DNA from: a virus | Taxonomy: Duplodnaviria; Caudoviricetes | DNA length: 35,946 bases | IMG/VR virus record: IMGVR_UViG_3300023283_000145 | Span: 1-35,946 of that record | Strand: one strand, 5' to 3' | Shown: in pieces, positions 1-9,726 of the stretch | How the letters are laid out: every line of letters starts with the position of its first letter | Position numbering within the stretch: the first letter of the stretch is position 1 | Position numbers and translations under genes: made by a program | The notes under the pieces: model-generated | The model's database searches: none | Seen by the model: the letters and a program-made list of their open reading frames with translations, nothing else | Told to the model about the DNA's origin: nothing

Positions 1-3000
1 CGCGCAGACTGATGACGTTCGACGACCCCGAGACGCCCCGCGATAGCAGCCGCACGCCCCGCACCACGGCGCTGGCGCCTTCATGGATGTGGACGGTGCA
101 CACCCCGCGCGCGACGGCCTCGATGTCGCGCCAGACCGACCGCGTGTTGCCCTTGTCCATGGACACGACGCGCAGCACGTCGAGGCGTTCCGAGAATATC
201 CGGAAGTTCTCGAAAAGGCTGTCGGTCGCGCCCATCGAAAAGCCGACGCCGACCGTCCGGATCGTCAGCCCGCCGCCGAAGTACAATTTCAGGAGCTGGT
301 TGCCTTCCAGGACCGGCCGGTCGAAACTTTCCTGGATCAGCGTGCCGCCGCCGTAAATCGCGATATTCTCGGTGATCAGCTTGGCCGGCCGGGATGCGTT
401 CTGCACCGCGAACGGCGCCGGCTCGCCCTCTTGCGGATGGCCGGCCGGGAAGGTCTCCGGCGCGTAGGGCTTTTCGAGCGGGAATTGCAGTTGCAGAAGG
501 CCGGTCTGCTTGGACTTGACGACGTTCCACTCCGCATCGGGATGGTTTGACCCGCTGTACTGGAGCAATTCGCCCGTCCGGATATAGACGATGTCGCCGA
601 TCTCGAAATTGTCGGTGTCCGCGTCGTTCAGCAGGGTGACCGCCGTCGATCCGGGGTCTTGCGGATGCTCCATGTCGTACAGCGGTTCATTGTGGATATC
701 GCCCCTGTCGGTCACGCCGCCGACGGAGAACAGGGCCGCGTCCGCCGTGGTGCGCAGATGCGCGCCCGACGGCACCTCGACATGCACATTGTCCGCATCC
801 AGGCGCAGAATGCGCGGCAAGCCCTGCACGGTCGTGTGCGACACCGTGTCGACCAGGGCCGTGCCGTCGACGATCACGTGACCGCCGCCGGCGGCCGCGG
901 CCGCATCGATCGCCGCCTGCACGGCCGCGGTGTCGTCGGTCGTGTCGTCAAGCGCTGCGCCGAAGGCCGACACCCGGAACTCGCGCCCGTGGCCGAGCAC
1001 CTGCCCCCGGATGCTTTCGTCCAGATCGTCTTGCCGCACGCTGCCGACCGGGATGTCGATCGGCCCGGCCGGCGCCGCCCGCACGCCCCGCGCCGTCCGC
1101 GACACGACCCAGACCCTGAAGGTGTCGCCGCGCACCGCGACGCGCGCGGTCCAGTCCTGTAGCTCCGCCGTCGTCGGCGGCCGGTCGGCATATACGTTGA
1201 AGCAGGTGATGATATAGCCTTCGTCGGCGATCCCTTCCTTGACCGTGGCCGACCCGAGAAATTCGTTCTTGACGATGACGCGACCCTTGAGAGGCTTTTG
1301 CAGTTCGGCCAGCCACGCGTCCAGTTCGTCCGCCGTCGGCGCCCGGCCGATGAAGAGCTCGCTGACGCGCGTGATGTACGCGCTGTCGGAGAGCTCTTGC
1401 GATCCCGACGGCCCCGCGCCCGAAAGAAAGTCGCGCTCGACGATGACGCGCGTCTTGCCGGCGGCCAGTTCGTCGACCCAGAACTGCTTGCCGGCCGCGT
1501 CGGAAGCGCGCTGCAACCACTTGGCATAGAGGTTTTCGACAAAGTCCGCGTCGGAAATGCCGAGTTCCGGCCCGGTCGCCAGAATGAGCGCTTCCCCCGC
1601 TTCGGCGCGCGACATCTGGACGAACTGCAGGGTATGGCTGGTGGCCTTCACCGACGCCCGCGGCGACTTGGCCAGCGCGTCGGCAAAGGTCGGGTCACTG
1701 GATATCTGCGCGTCGATCCGCTCGACATACACATCGGAGACCGACCACAGCGCATCGTCCGGCTGATCCCAGGTGATCTCGGCGCCGGTGGGCAGACGGC
1801 GCCAGGCCAGGTTCGTGACCGGCCGCGGCTGCGTGGTGTCGGCCGTGACGGTGTGCACGATCGATCCCGACCAGGGCGATGCCGTGCCGTCCGTCAGGAC
1901 GTAGCGCCCGCGCAGCGCGATCCTCTCGCCCACCTCGACCCCCTCGACCGGGACCGTGGCCGCGTCGGGGTCTCCGGGCACGATCGCCCTGTGCCCGTCG
2001 CTGGTGCGCCGGACCTCGACCTGCAGGCTGGCCACCCCGAGCCCGCCGCGCACCGACGGCAGCGTGAAGGCCACCTGCACCCGGAGCGCCTGTCGCCCAT
2101 CGCCTTCGCGGCGCGTCGCGGCGGCCCCCGACCACACCTCGATGACCGGCGCGAGCAACTGGCCCCGGTCGGTGTCCGAAGGGCGATAGACCGCGTTGAT
2201 CCCCGCGTCGAACGGCGGGACCTCTCCCTGGTCGGCCTGATACACGGCCGGGCTGTAGTCGATCGCGGTGATCGTCGCGCCGCCGTCCCGGTCCGGCTTG
2301 ATCGCGGTCACCAGGACATCGACCGCCTCCTTGCCGAGCTCGCCGACGGCGACCAGATCGCCGATTTCGGGCGCGATCACTGGCGTGGTGGCCAAGGTGA
2401 CCTGGTCGTGATCGCCGTCGCTGGCGACCGAGTCGAGCGCCGTCACCTCTTGCCCCGCGACGTTCCGGATCAAGATCCCGTAGTCGACCCCGGCCTGCAA
2501 CGGCAGCGCCGCCGACAGCGTCAAGGTCGCGCCCGCGATCGCCACCACCCGCGCGCTGCCCACGCCGGCCGCGATGGCGTCATGCTGCACGCGGGCGCGA
2601 TCGCCCCGTCGCACCGCCATGTATTCCCAGTCGGCGCTAAAGCTGAACGTCCGCGGACGCAGCCACAGCGACGCCAGATGATACCGCGCATGCACGTAAA
2701 CCAGATCATCGCGGGTGATGCCGGGCAGGTCGAATTTCTGGATATTGGTGGCGTTGCTCGCGCTGAACCCGTCCCAATAGACAATGCGTTCCCGCGCCTC
2801 GTATCCATTGTCTTGATCCGGGAATTCGACACGGACCGCGTGCGGCGGTTCGACGAATTTCTGTGTGATCGTGAAGCCGCGCGCGTTGATCGGCGTGAAG
2901 AGCTGGGTCGGCGTGGCCTGGTCTTGTTCGATCACGGCCGTGTAGACCCCGTCGATCTTGGCGATTTTCGCCCGGCCCGCCGCCTCGATTTCCTGCAGCA

Positions 3001-4798
3001 AGGTTTCGATCCGCGTCGACCGGCGGATGTATCGGTTGTATTCGAAACCCCGCCCCTCGCAGAAGACGTACCACGCCCCGAAGGACGCCAGATCGATCGC
3101 GCTGTCGGGTTGCGGCTTGGGGTTCACGCCGCTGCCGGCGGTGTCCCGCAGCACCTCCAAGGCCAGTGCCGCGGGGTTGCGCGACACCGCGACGCCCGAC
3201 CAGGCCGCGCCGTCCCAGGTCGGCACGCGGCTGCGTGCCTCGCACACCACCGTCGGCAGCGATCCGCTGTATTGCTCGCTGCGCGGCACCCGCATTGCGA
3301 TCAGACCCAGGTTGCCCCGCTTGATCGGACTGTCGTTTTTCACGGCCCGGATGGCCGACCACTTCGCGTCGGCGAAGACGCGGGTGTAGGTGTTGATGAA
3401 ATTCGTGGTCGTCTGCACCGACTGTCCGGTGTCGGTGTCCAGTGCGAAGGCCCCGACCGACCTCACGCGCACATCGTAGCTGCCCCGCGACACCGGCCAT
3501 GCGACCGTCGCGCGGACGAAATCCTGCGTCGCCCGCTGCACGCGCACGTTGCCGGCCGTCTCGCCGCCCGGGGTCGTGGTGTCGGCGAAGGCGCCGGCCA
3601 GGCGCACCCCGGCCGCCGCGAAGTCCGGCGCGAGCCAGGATGTACCGCCGGCCGGGCGGTATTGGACCTCGAAATGGTGCGCGCACACCTGCGGCGCCGC
3701 GCCGGCATCGTCCTGGGTCAGCAGACCGAAGAACGTCAGGTCGACCTCAAGCCGGTCGGCGGTGTCGCCCGCGGCCTGCACGAACCAGTTGGCGTCGTCG
3801 ACCACGGGTTCCCGGGTCACCCGCCCCTCGCTTCCGTCGGTGTCCGGGTTTGCCGGCTCGATAACGATGTCAAGCTGCTTTTCGTTGACGTCGCTGTCGA
3901 CCAGGGTCAATGGCGTGTCGTCGCCCTGGTCCCGCAACTCGATTTCCAGGTCGGGGATCAGGTCGACCGCCGTGTCGCCGATCCGGATGTTCGCGATCTC
4001 GACGTCGCCGTGCCCGACCGTCAGCACGAGATAGAGGAACTGTTCGTCGCCCTGGACCCGCGTGTACGGCTTGATCGCGTTCACCGGCGCGACGTCGAGA
4101 ATGCCCAGGACCTTGGGGATGGCCTGGAACAGCGTGCTTCGATTGCTCGCCCTGTCGAGGAAGGGCACGGTGTTGGCATCCGGCGCGCCCCCGGCGCTGG
4201 ATAGCTGCGGGGGCGGGACAAGCTGGTTGATCAGCAGGTTGCCGACGCTGGAAATCGCCCCGGCCACCAGCCCCGTGGCGATCGCGGCCGCCGTGCCTTC
4301 CGCCGCGAACCCCAGGCCCGTGGCGATCGACGATCCCAGCGGCCCCGCCGCCGCGAAGGCTGCCGCCGCCACGGCCAGACCGAGCACCACCCGAAAGGGG
4401 TTCTTGCCGCCGTCCCCGCCGCCGCCGTGTGGCGCCGCGCGCACTATCAGCATGATCCCCGGCCTGGGACGCACGCGTTCCCACAGGTGACAGGGCACCT
4501 CCATGGCGCCTCTGTCGGACGACACCAGATAGGCGTGCCCGTGGTGCGCCGCGAACCACGCCAGCCGCTCGCGCGCCCGATCGTCAACCGCGGCCGCGTT
4601 GACCGCCTGCACGATGGCGTCGAAGATCGTGGCGCCGGCAGCGACATGGAAGGCGACGCGTTCGGCCCGCAGGGGATGCAACGCCGCGACGACGGGAATG
4701 TCACGGGTTTGCGGCAGCGACGTCCGGGTGGGCGGGGTGGCGGTAGTGTTCGAAGTGACGCCACAGCAGGCCGGGATAGCGGTCAACGGTCCCCCCAT
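1..4798 (-). CDS. Tail tip / host-specificity protein (gpI/gpJ-like) with FnIII domain, DUF4214-like repeats and C-terminal beta-helix (pectate lyase-like) domain; truncated at left edge
   Basis: Open minus-strand frame from about 4798 past position 1 (no stop, hence absent from the track). Manual translation gives GGGGDGGKNPFRVVLGLAV, PYTRVQGDEQFLYLVLTVGHG, ITAIDYSPAVY and FRVSAFGAALDDTTDDTAAVQAAIDAA. Lies after NlpC/P60. Start codon uncertain. Confidence 0.88.
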   Translation of the reverse strand, partial: MGGPLTAIPACCGVTSNTTATPPTRTSLPQTRDIPVVAALHPLRAERVAFHVAAGATIFDAIVQAVNAAAVDDRARERLAWFAAHHGHAYLVSSDRGAMEVPCHLWERVRPRPGIMLIVRAAPHGGGGDGGKNPFRVVLGLAVAAAAFAAAGPLGSSIATGLGFAAEGTAAAIATGLVAGAISSVGNLLINQLVPPPQLSSAGGAPDANTVPFLDRASNRSTLFQAIPKVLGILDVAPVNAIKPYTRVQGDEQFLYLVLTVGHGDVEIANIRIGDTAVDLIPDLEIELRDQGDDTPLTLVDSDVNEKQLDIVIEPANPDTDGSEGRVTREPVVDDANWFVQAAGDTADRLEVDLTFFGLLTQDDAGAAPQVCAHHFEVQYRPAGGTSWLAPDFAAAGVRLAGAFADTTTPGGETAGNVRVQRATQDFVRATVAWPVSRGSYDVRVRSVGAFALDTDTGQSVQTTTNFINTYTRVFADAKWSAIRAVKNDSPIKRGNLGLIAMRVPRSEQYSGSLPTVVCEARSRVPTWDGAAWSGVAVSRNPAALALEVLRDTAGSGVNPKPQPDSAIDLASFGAWYVFCEGRGFEYNRYIRRSTRIETLLQEIEAAGRAKIAKIDGVYTAVIEQDQATPTQLFTPINARGFTITQKFVEPPHAVRVEFPDQDNGYEARERIVYWDGFSASNATNIQKFDLPGITRDDLVYVHARYHLASLWLRPRTFSFSADWEYMAVRRGDRARVQHDAIAAGVGSARVVAIAGATLTLSAALPLQAGVDYGILIRNVAGQEVTALDSVASDGDHDQVTLATTPVIAPEIGDLVAVGELGKEAVDVLVTAIKPDRDGGATITAIDYSPAVYQADQGEVPPFDAGINAVYRPSDTDRGQLLAPVIEVWSGAAATRREGDGRQALRVQVAFTLPSVRGGLGVASLQVEVRRTSDGHRAIVPGDPDAATVPVEGVEVGERIALRGRYVLTDGTASPWSGSIVHTVTADTTQPRPVTNLAWRRLPTGAEITWDQPDDALWSVSDVYVERIDAQISSDPTFADALAKSPRASVKATSHTLQFVQMSRAEAGEALILATGPELGISDADFVENLYAKWLQRASDAAGKQFWVDELAAGKTRVIVERDFLSGAGPSGSQELSDSAYITRVSELFIGRAPTADELDAWLAELQKPLKGRVIVKNEFLGSATVKEGIADEGYIITCFNVYADRPPTTAELQDWTARVAVRGDTFRVWVVSRTARGVRAAPAGPIDIPVGSVRQDDLDESIRGQVLGHGREFRVSAFGAALDDTTDDTAAVQAAIDAAAAAGGGHVIVDGTALVDTVSHTTVQGLPRILRLDADNVHVEVPSGAHLRTTADAALFSVGGVTDRGDIHNEPLYDMEHPQDPGSTAVTLLNDADTDNFEIGDIVYIRTGELLQYSGSNHPDAEWNVVKSKQTGLLQLQFPLEKPYAPETFPAGHPQEGEPAPFAVQNASRPAKLITENIAIYGGGTLIQESFDRPVLEGNQLLKLYFGGGLTIRTVGVGFSMGATDSLFENFRIFSERLDVLRVVSMDKGNTRSVWRDIEAVARGVCTVHIHEGASAVVRGVRLLSRGVSGSSNVISLR

Positions 4799-5138
4799 TG
4801 TATTCGCAGGCATGCAGCATGCGCCCGGGGGCGACGTGCACGCCGATGTGCGCGGGCACCCCGCGCCGGTAGAACAAGACGACGTCGCCGATCGCCGGCG
4901 CGGCCACCGGACGCCATGCCGGCGCCATCGCCCCGACCAGGCGCGCGACGGCGTCCCGGTCCCGCGCGTCGGCATACCCGCCGGCCGGCGCCGCCGCGGG
5001 GTCGGGCAGGGCGATTCCGAAGACGTCGCGGTATACCAGGGCGACCAGCCCCCAGCAGTCGACCCCGCGCCGGTCCCGGCCGTGCGACACGAAGGGCACG
5101 CCGATATAAGGCGCGCACCATCCAGGCAGCCCGGACAC
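4701..5138 (-). CDS. NlpC/P60 (C40) family tail assembly protein
   Basis: YIGVPFVSHGRDRRGVDCWGLV...HIGVHVAPGRMLHA (Cys-His-His). Located between DUF1833 and the tail tip. Confidence 0.92.
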   Translation of the reverse strand: MSGLPGWCAPYIGVPFVSHGRDRRGVDCWGLVALVYRDVFGIALPDPAAAPAGGYADARDRDAVARLVGAMAPAWRPVAAPAIGDVVLFYRRGVPAHIGVHVAPGRMLHACEYNGGTVDRYPGLLWRHFEHYRHPAHPDVAAANP

Positions 5139-5148
5139 GCCGCGCCTC

Positions 5149-5643
5149 TTACGCCAATGCCGGGAAGTCGCTCGCGGTCATCTTCGGTCCCGCGTACATC
5201 TCGTTTTCGATCGTGGTCTGCACCAGATCGCCGCGAACCCGGAGCACGTCCCACTTGGCTTGCAGGATTTCGAGATTTTCGAAGTTGACCTCGACGACGT
5301 CGGGCTGACTTTCGAGCACGGCCTGAATGGTGACCGTCGGGGGACTGGTCAGGTTGCCGATTTCCTCGACCAGCAAGCGGTCGACGTTGTCAATCGTCAG
5401 GGTCGCCCGCAAGGGCTGGCCGCCTTCGTCGGACGGCGGCTCCATTTCGAAGGGGTAGTGGATGTATTCGACCCCATTCGACACGATGCCCTTGCGCCCC
5501 GCGACCGGCAAATCCTGTGCCGTCGAGCTGCAGACACGGACCGGCTCCGACAGCGTGGCATGATCGATCGTGACCAGGGCGACCAGCGTGTCGCCGCTTT
5601 CCTGTGCATGGATTTCCCGGCGCAAGACGTCCGACACCGTCAT
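5149..5643 (-). CDS. DUF1833-family minor tail protein
   Basis: True start MTVSDVLRREIHAQESGDTLVALVTIDHATL (ATG 5643 overlaps the upstream stop). Contains LTIDNVDRLLVEEI and sits at the gpL position. Confidence 0.82.
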   Translation of the reverse strand: MTVSDVLRREIHAQESGDTLVALVTIDHATLSEPVRVCSSTAQDLPVAGRKGIVSNGVEYIHYPFEMEPPSDEGGQPLRATLTIDNVDRLLVEEIGNLTSPPTVTIQAVLESQPDVVEVNFENLEILQAKWDVLRVRGDLVQTTIENEMYAGPKMTASDFPALA

Positions 5644-5996
5644 GACGCATACCAGTCCAAGACGATCGCCGCGTTGAAACGCACCCGGTTGCGGTCCGTG
5701 ATCCGCGGACGCTGCGCGAAAGCGACCTCGATTGTGCCCTTGCGCGGGTGCGGCCAGTTGAAGCGAAACACGCCGTACCGGGTCGTGACCTCGAAAAAGG
5801 TGTCGAGCGCGTCGGCCTGCGCCGGGGTCAGTGCCAGGGTGAAGCTGATGCGCCCGGGAGACGGCGCGCCGGCGCGGCGCCGCTTGTCGGGTCCGCGCTC
5901 GACCGGGGACGCGAGCATGTCCGTCGGCCCTTGTTCGCTGTAGCCGTCCGCCAGCGGACGTTGCGGCAGCGTAGCCGGCCAGTCGATCGCGGCCAT
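5640..5996 (-). CDS. Distal tail (Dit/gpM-like) protein
   Basis: MAAIDWPATLPQRPLADGYSE...GPDKRRR...FNWPHP, directly after the tape measure gene. Confidence 0.75.
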   Translation of the reverse strand: MAAIDWPATLPQRPLADGYSEQGPTDMLASPVERGPDKRRRAGAPSPGRISFTLALTPAQADALDTFFEVTTRYGVFRFNWPHPRKGTIEVAFAQRPRITDRNRVRFNAAIVLDWYAS

Positions 5997-8254
5997 TAGC
6001 GGGACACCCCTTGCGGCTGCAGGCCGAAGCGCCCGGCCGCGGCGCCGTCGAGCTCCCCGCGCGCCATGGCATCGCGGACCACGGCGACCACCATTTCGCG
6101 TCCGTCGGGCTGTCGCTGGCGCCGGGTCTGGATGCGCTCGCCGCCGCCGCGCTGGTCGATGATCTGCACCACGGTCGGTGCCGGGGGCGCGGTGCTCGCT
6201 TGCACGCCAAGGTCGCCGCGCGCGTTGCGTCGCAGCGGCAAGACTGCCTCGGGATGGCCGCGTTCACTGACCGTGGTCAGGGATGGTCGGGTGAAGAAGT
6301 TGCCCCTGGCCGACTGAAACAGCTTGACCGGCGGCCCCGTGGCCGCACCGCCGGACCCGCCGCCGAAACCGAAAAAGTCGGCGATGCCGCCGCCGATCCC
6401 GCCATTCGTCAGGATGCCCTCGATACCCTTCTTGAACGGGTCGACAATGGCCACCTTCGCCGCGACATTCAGCAAGTCCTCTGCCAGGCCCCGCAGCGCC
6501 CCGCCCATGGACTGCGTGCGGCTGATCAGGCCGGACGCGAAGTCGCCGAACGCGGCGCTTGTGCTGTCGATCACCTCGCGCTGCCGCGCAAGATCTTCCG
6601 TCAACTGGCGATTGGCGCGGATCGCCTCGACGATCCGGCCGCGCTGCTGGTCGAACAGCCGCCGCCCCTCGACCGACAGGCCATTGCGCAGCCGCAGCGC
6701 TTCCGCCAGATCGGTTTCGCCGCGCGCGGCCGCGCGCAGGACTTCGGTGCGCTGCGCCAGGGAGCGGGTAACGCCCTCGACCTCCCGGCGCGCATTCGCC
6801 TGCACGCGGCGCCGCTCCGCTTGCCGTTCCGCCAGAAAATCCGCCCCCGCGAAAGCCCGGTCCAGAACGCCTTGCGTTGCCGCCGCCTCGCGTTCGTCAA
6901 ATGCCTTCGTGCGCGCGACCAGGTCGCGGGACCGCGCCGCGATTTCGGCGCCCGTCAGGCCGTCCCCGGCGCGCGGCGCGGTCGGGCTTGGCGCCTTGGT
7001 CGGGGACCTCTCCGGCGGATTGCCGCCGTCGGCGCCGGGTGGAGGCGTGCGGCTGAAGGGGTCGCGCGGCTGGTCGCGCCGCGCCGCCCGCAGCGCCACC
7101 AGCGCCGCGCGCTCGCGTTCGAGTTTCCGGACAAGCTCGCGTGCTTCGTCGGTGTTCGAGATGCCCAGCGGCAAGCTGTCCAGGAACGCGCCGACCTGTC
7201 CAAGCGGACCGTCCCCGCGCGCGATCGCTTCGGCCTCGGCCACGCTCTCGCGCGCCCTCTTCAGCTTGTCGTCGACCCGGTCGATCGCTTCCTCGATGCC
7301 CAGCGTCGTCGCGCCACCGGCGTTGTCGAACAGGATGTTCGCCGCGTCCGCGAAGCTCCGCGCGTTCCGCGCCCCCGTGGCCAGCGCCTCGCTGACCTTG
7401 ACCACCAGCGGCGCCAGCGACACGAACGCGGTGTTCAGGTTCGCGTCGATAATCCTTTGCAGGTTCGTGAACTTGTCCGCCGTCGCTTCGGCATTGCGGA
7501 TCAGGCTTTCGTCGATGACGACGCCAAGGTCGCGCGCTTGTCGGCGCAGCCGATCGACTTCGTCGGCGCCGTCGCGGACGATCCGGGCGAAGTTCACACC
7601 CGGCCCCCGCCCGAACGCCGCCGCCGACAGGGCGAGCCGATCGGCCTGATTGCTGGTGCCGGCCAGCCGTTGCAGCAACAGGTCGAGCGCTTCGTCGGTC
7701 GAACTGGCATTCAGGAGCATTTGCTTGAACGCGGGGTCGGTCTTGTTCAGCAGCGTGTTCAGGCGCCCGGCGCCCTGACGCATCTCGCCCAAGCGCTTCA
7801 CAAAGGCCTCAAGGCCCTTGTCGATATTGCCGACCGAAACCCCCATGCGCTCGCCGGCAAAGCGGAGTTCCTGCAGGCTGTCGGTCGTGACGCCGATCGC
7901 GTCCGCGCTCTTGCCGATTTCGTCGAGCGTCCCGACAGCCTGACGGGCGCGCTGCATGCCGGCGCGCAGCGCCACCGTGGCCGCGCCGACTCCGGCGGCC
8001 GCCGCCAGACCTCCGGACCCCAGCGCCGTCAGGCCGGCGCCGGCGGGACCCAGGCGCGCCGCGTAGCCGCGCATCACGTCCTGACCCGCCCGCGACGCGT
8101 CGTTCAGCGCGAGCAAGCCCCTGTTGGCCGGCTTGCTCGCGTTCGTGATCCGGTCGAAGGCCCGCTGCCCCCGGTCGCCGATCCGGTCGAGCTCAGTGGC
8201 GAACTTGTCGTTGCCGCGCCCGCGGATTTCGTAGAACGTGCGCCTGGTCGCCAT
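5996..8254 (-). CDS. Tape measure protein
   Basis: 752 aa, Ala/Gly/Arg-rich and helical. C-terminal SARGNFFTRPSLTTVSERGHPEAVLPLRR motif typical of tape measure proteins. Confidence 0.9.
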   Translation of the reverse strand: MATRRTFYEIRGRGNDKFATELDRIGDRGQRAFDRITNASKPANRGLLALNDASRAGQDVMRGYAARLGPAGAGLTALGSGGLAAAAGVGAATVALRAGMQRARQAVGTLDEIGKSADAIGVTTDSLQELRFAGERMGVSVGNIDKGLEAFVKRLGEMRQGAGRLNTLLNKTDPAFKQMLLNASSTDEALDLLLQRLAGTSNQADRLALSAAAFGRGPGVNFARIVRDGADEVDRLRRQARDLGVVIDESLIRNAEATADKFTNLQRIIDANLNTAFVSLAPLVVKVSEALATGARNARSFADAANILFDNAGGATTLGIEEAIDRVDDKLKRARESVAEAEAIARGDGPLGQVGAFLDSLPLGISNTDEARELVRKLERERAALVALRAARRDQPRDPFSRTPPPGADGGNPPERSPTKAPSPTAPRAGDGLTGAEIAARSRDLVARTKAFDEREAAATQGVLDRAFAGADFLAERQAERRRVQANARREVEGVTRSLAQRTEVLRAAARGETDLAEALRLRNGLSVEGRRLFDQQRGRIVEAIRANRQLTEDLARQREVIDSTSAAFGDFASGLISRTQSMGGALRGLAEDLLNVAAKVAIVDPFKKGIEGILTNGGIGGGIADFFGFGGGSGGAATGPPVKLFQSARGNFFTRPSLTTVSERGHPEAVLPLRRNARGDLGVQASTAPPAPTVVQIIDQRGGGERIQTRRQRQPDGREMVVAVVRDAMARGELDGAAAGRFGLQPQGVSR

Positions 8255-8263
8255 GCCCCGCCC

Positions 8264-8911
8264 CTAGATTTGCCCGCGCTTGGTCGCTTCGCGTTCCCAC
8301 CGGCGCGCGATCAGGTCGTCGATATTCGCGATCAGCCGCCGATAGGCACGGTCGGGATCGATGCGGGGCGCCAGGGTGACTTGCGGCACCAGCCACCACA
8401 GCACCACCGGGCGACCCTGGGGGTCCGGTCGGCGGGTCGGGTCGTACACCGCCAGCAAGTCGCGCCGAACGCGGAACACCGCGGTCGGCCCGGTGTATTG
8501 CGCCGGCGTGGCCGCGCGGGTGCCGCCGCGGCCCTCCCGGAAGGGGGCCGCGTTGGTCGGGATCGCCAGGAAACGGCCGCCGCCGGCGCGCACCGTCGCG
8601 CCCTCTTTGAAGACCGTCAGCAGGTCGACATCGCCGCCCGGCCGGCGGTACACGGCCTTGCTCGCGACCCGGCCGGCCGCTTCGATCGACCGGCCGCGCC
8701 GGGGATAGACAGTGCCCTTGACCGTCTGGTCGAGCGGCTGGCCGGACTGCCCGCGTTCGAAGCCGCCCCGGCGCACCTCGCGTTGCACCGCCTTGGTGAT
8801 CGACCGCGTCTTGCTCTTGACCACGCTGGTCACGGCGGTTTCGGCCGTACGGCGTTCCTGCGCCATGATCCGCCGAAGGTCGCCGCGGAAGGCAATCAGC
8901 GCCTGCGTCAT
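8264..8911 (-). CDS. DUF6441-like phage tail protein
   Basis: Start MTQALIAFRGDLRRIM (ATG 8911). YPRRGRSIEAAGRVASKA and GGRFLAIPT resemble the family usually found before tape measure genes in alphaproteobacterial prophages. Confidence 0.7.
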   Translation of the reverse strand: MTQALIAFRGDLRRIMAQERRTAETAVTSVVKSKTRSITKAVQREVRRGGFERGQSGQPLDQTVKGTVYPRRGRSIEAAGRVASKAVYRRPGGDVDLLTVFKEGATVRAGGGRFLAIPTNAAPFREGRGGTRAATPAQYTGPTAVFRVRRDLLAVYDPTRRPDPQGRPVVLWWLVPQVTLAPRIDPDRAYRRLIANIDDLIARRWEREATKRGQI

Positions 8912-9293
8912 GGCTCTTGCTCCACTTCGCCCTGGTCGCGGTCGCGATCGGCCGCGCGCGCCAGCGCCGCGACCATGCCGACTTCGATATACGGCAGCAG
9001 CCGCGCCATGATCCGCCGGCGGTAGCCCAGCGCGTCGGCCGCGGCCAGCAGTGCCGGCATGTCGAGGCCCACGCCCCCCGCCGGCCCGACCCGGACCTGC
9101 CCGCCGCCGCACTGCGTGACCAGATCCCACGCTTGCGCGCCCTCGACACTCAAGGGTCGGTGCTCGACATAGGGGCAGCGCCGTCCGTCGGCGCCGGGCG
9201 CGCCGCGGCTGCAGGGCAATCGCTCGCTTCGGCACCCGGCGCAGTATTCGGGACCGTCGCCGTAGTGCCATCGGGCGCGGTCCCGCAGCCTTC
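8908..9293 (-). CDS. Tail assembly chaperone, frameshift (T-like) segment
   Basis: In the -1 frame relative to 9150..9710: LRDRARWHYGDGPEYCAGC...CPY...AWDLV...GGQVRV...GLDMPALLAAADALG. No convincing own start. Confidence 0.72.
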
Positions 9294-9710
9294 CCCCTCT
9301 TGCCGGACCCGGTCGAGGTGCGCCGTGTACGCCGCGACGAAGCGGTCGCCAAGGCTGCCCCGGCGCAGGAGTTCGCGGATATTCGCGTCGGTGACCGGCG
9401 CCGGTTCGCCGCCCGCCGTCGGCCCCTGCCACTCGACGATGCCGTAGCGCGCCAGCCCCAGCGCGAAATAGAACCGGCCGTACCCCTCTTGAACGTGCGC
9501 ATCATCCAGGTCGGCCAGATCGACGACGCGGCCGCCGGCCACATCGATGGCCGCCACCGCGCCGGCCAGGCCGCCGGCCTGTTCCTCCGCCCAGGATTTC
9601 GCCGCTTCCCACACCGGCATTTCCAGTGGCCGCACCAGCATGTACAGCCCCGGCGCCGGTTCGATCCAGAAAGGCTCCGTGGGGATTTCGCTGTCGAGAC
9701 TGTAATGCAT
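9150..9710 (-). CDS. Tail assembly chaperone (gpG-like)
   Basis: Immediately after the tail tube gene. Contains ALGLARYGIVEWQG and a GGGGGAA slippery site at 9297-9291. Confidence 0.78.
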   Translation of the reverse strand: MHYSLDSEIPTEPFWIEPAPGLYMLVRPLEMPVWEAAKSWAEEQAGGLAGAVAAIDVAGGRVVDLADLDDAHVQEGYGRFYFALGLARYGIVEWQGPTAGGEPAPVTDANIRELLRRGSLGDRFVAAYTAHLDRVRQEGEGCGTAPDGTTATVPNTAPGAEASDCPAAAARPAPTDGAAPMSSTDP

Positions 9711-9726
9711 GCGGGCGCGTCCCTTC

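Noticed and set aside
1298-4204. 968-aa plus-strand ORF (likewise 6011-9025, 11920-13833, 16054-17874, 19779-22823)
   Set aside because: These are antisense shadows of real minus-strand genes in high-GC DNA: Arg/Val/Asp-rich, with no motifs.
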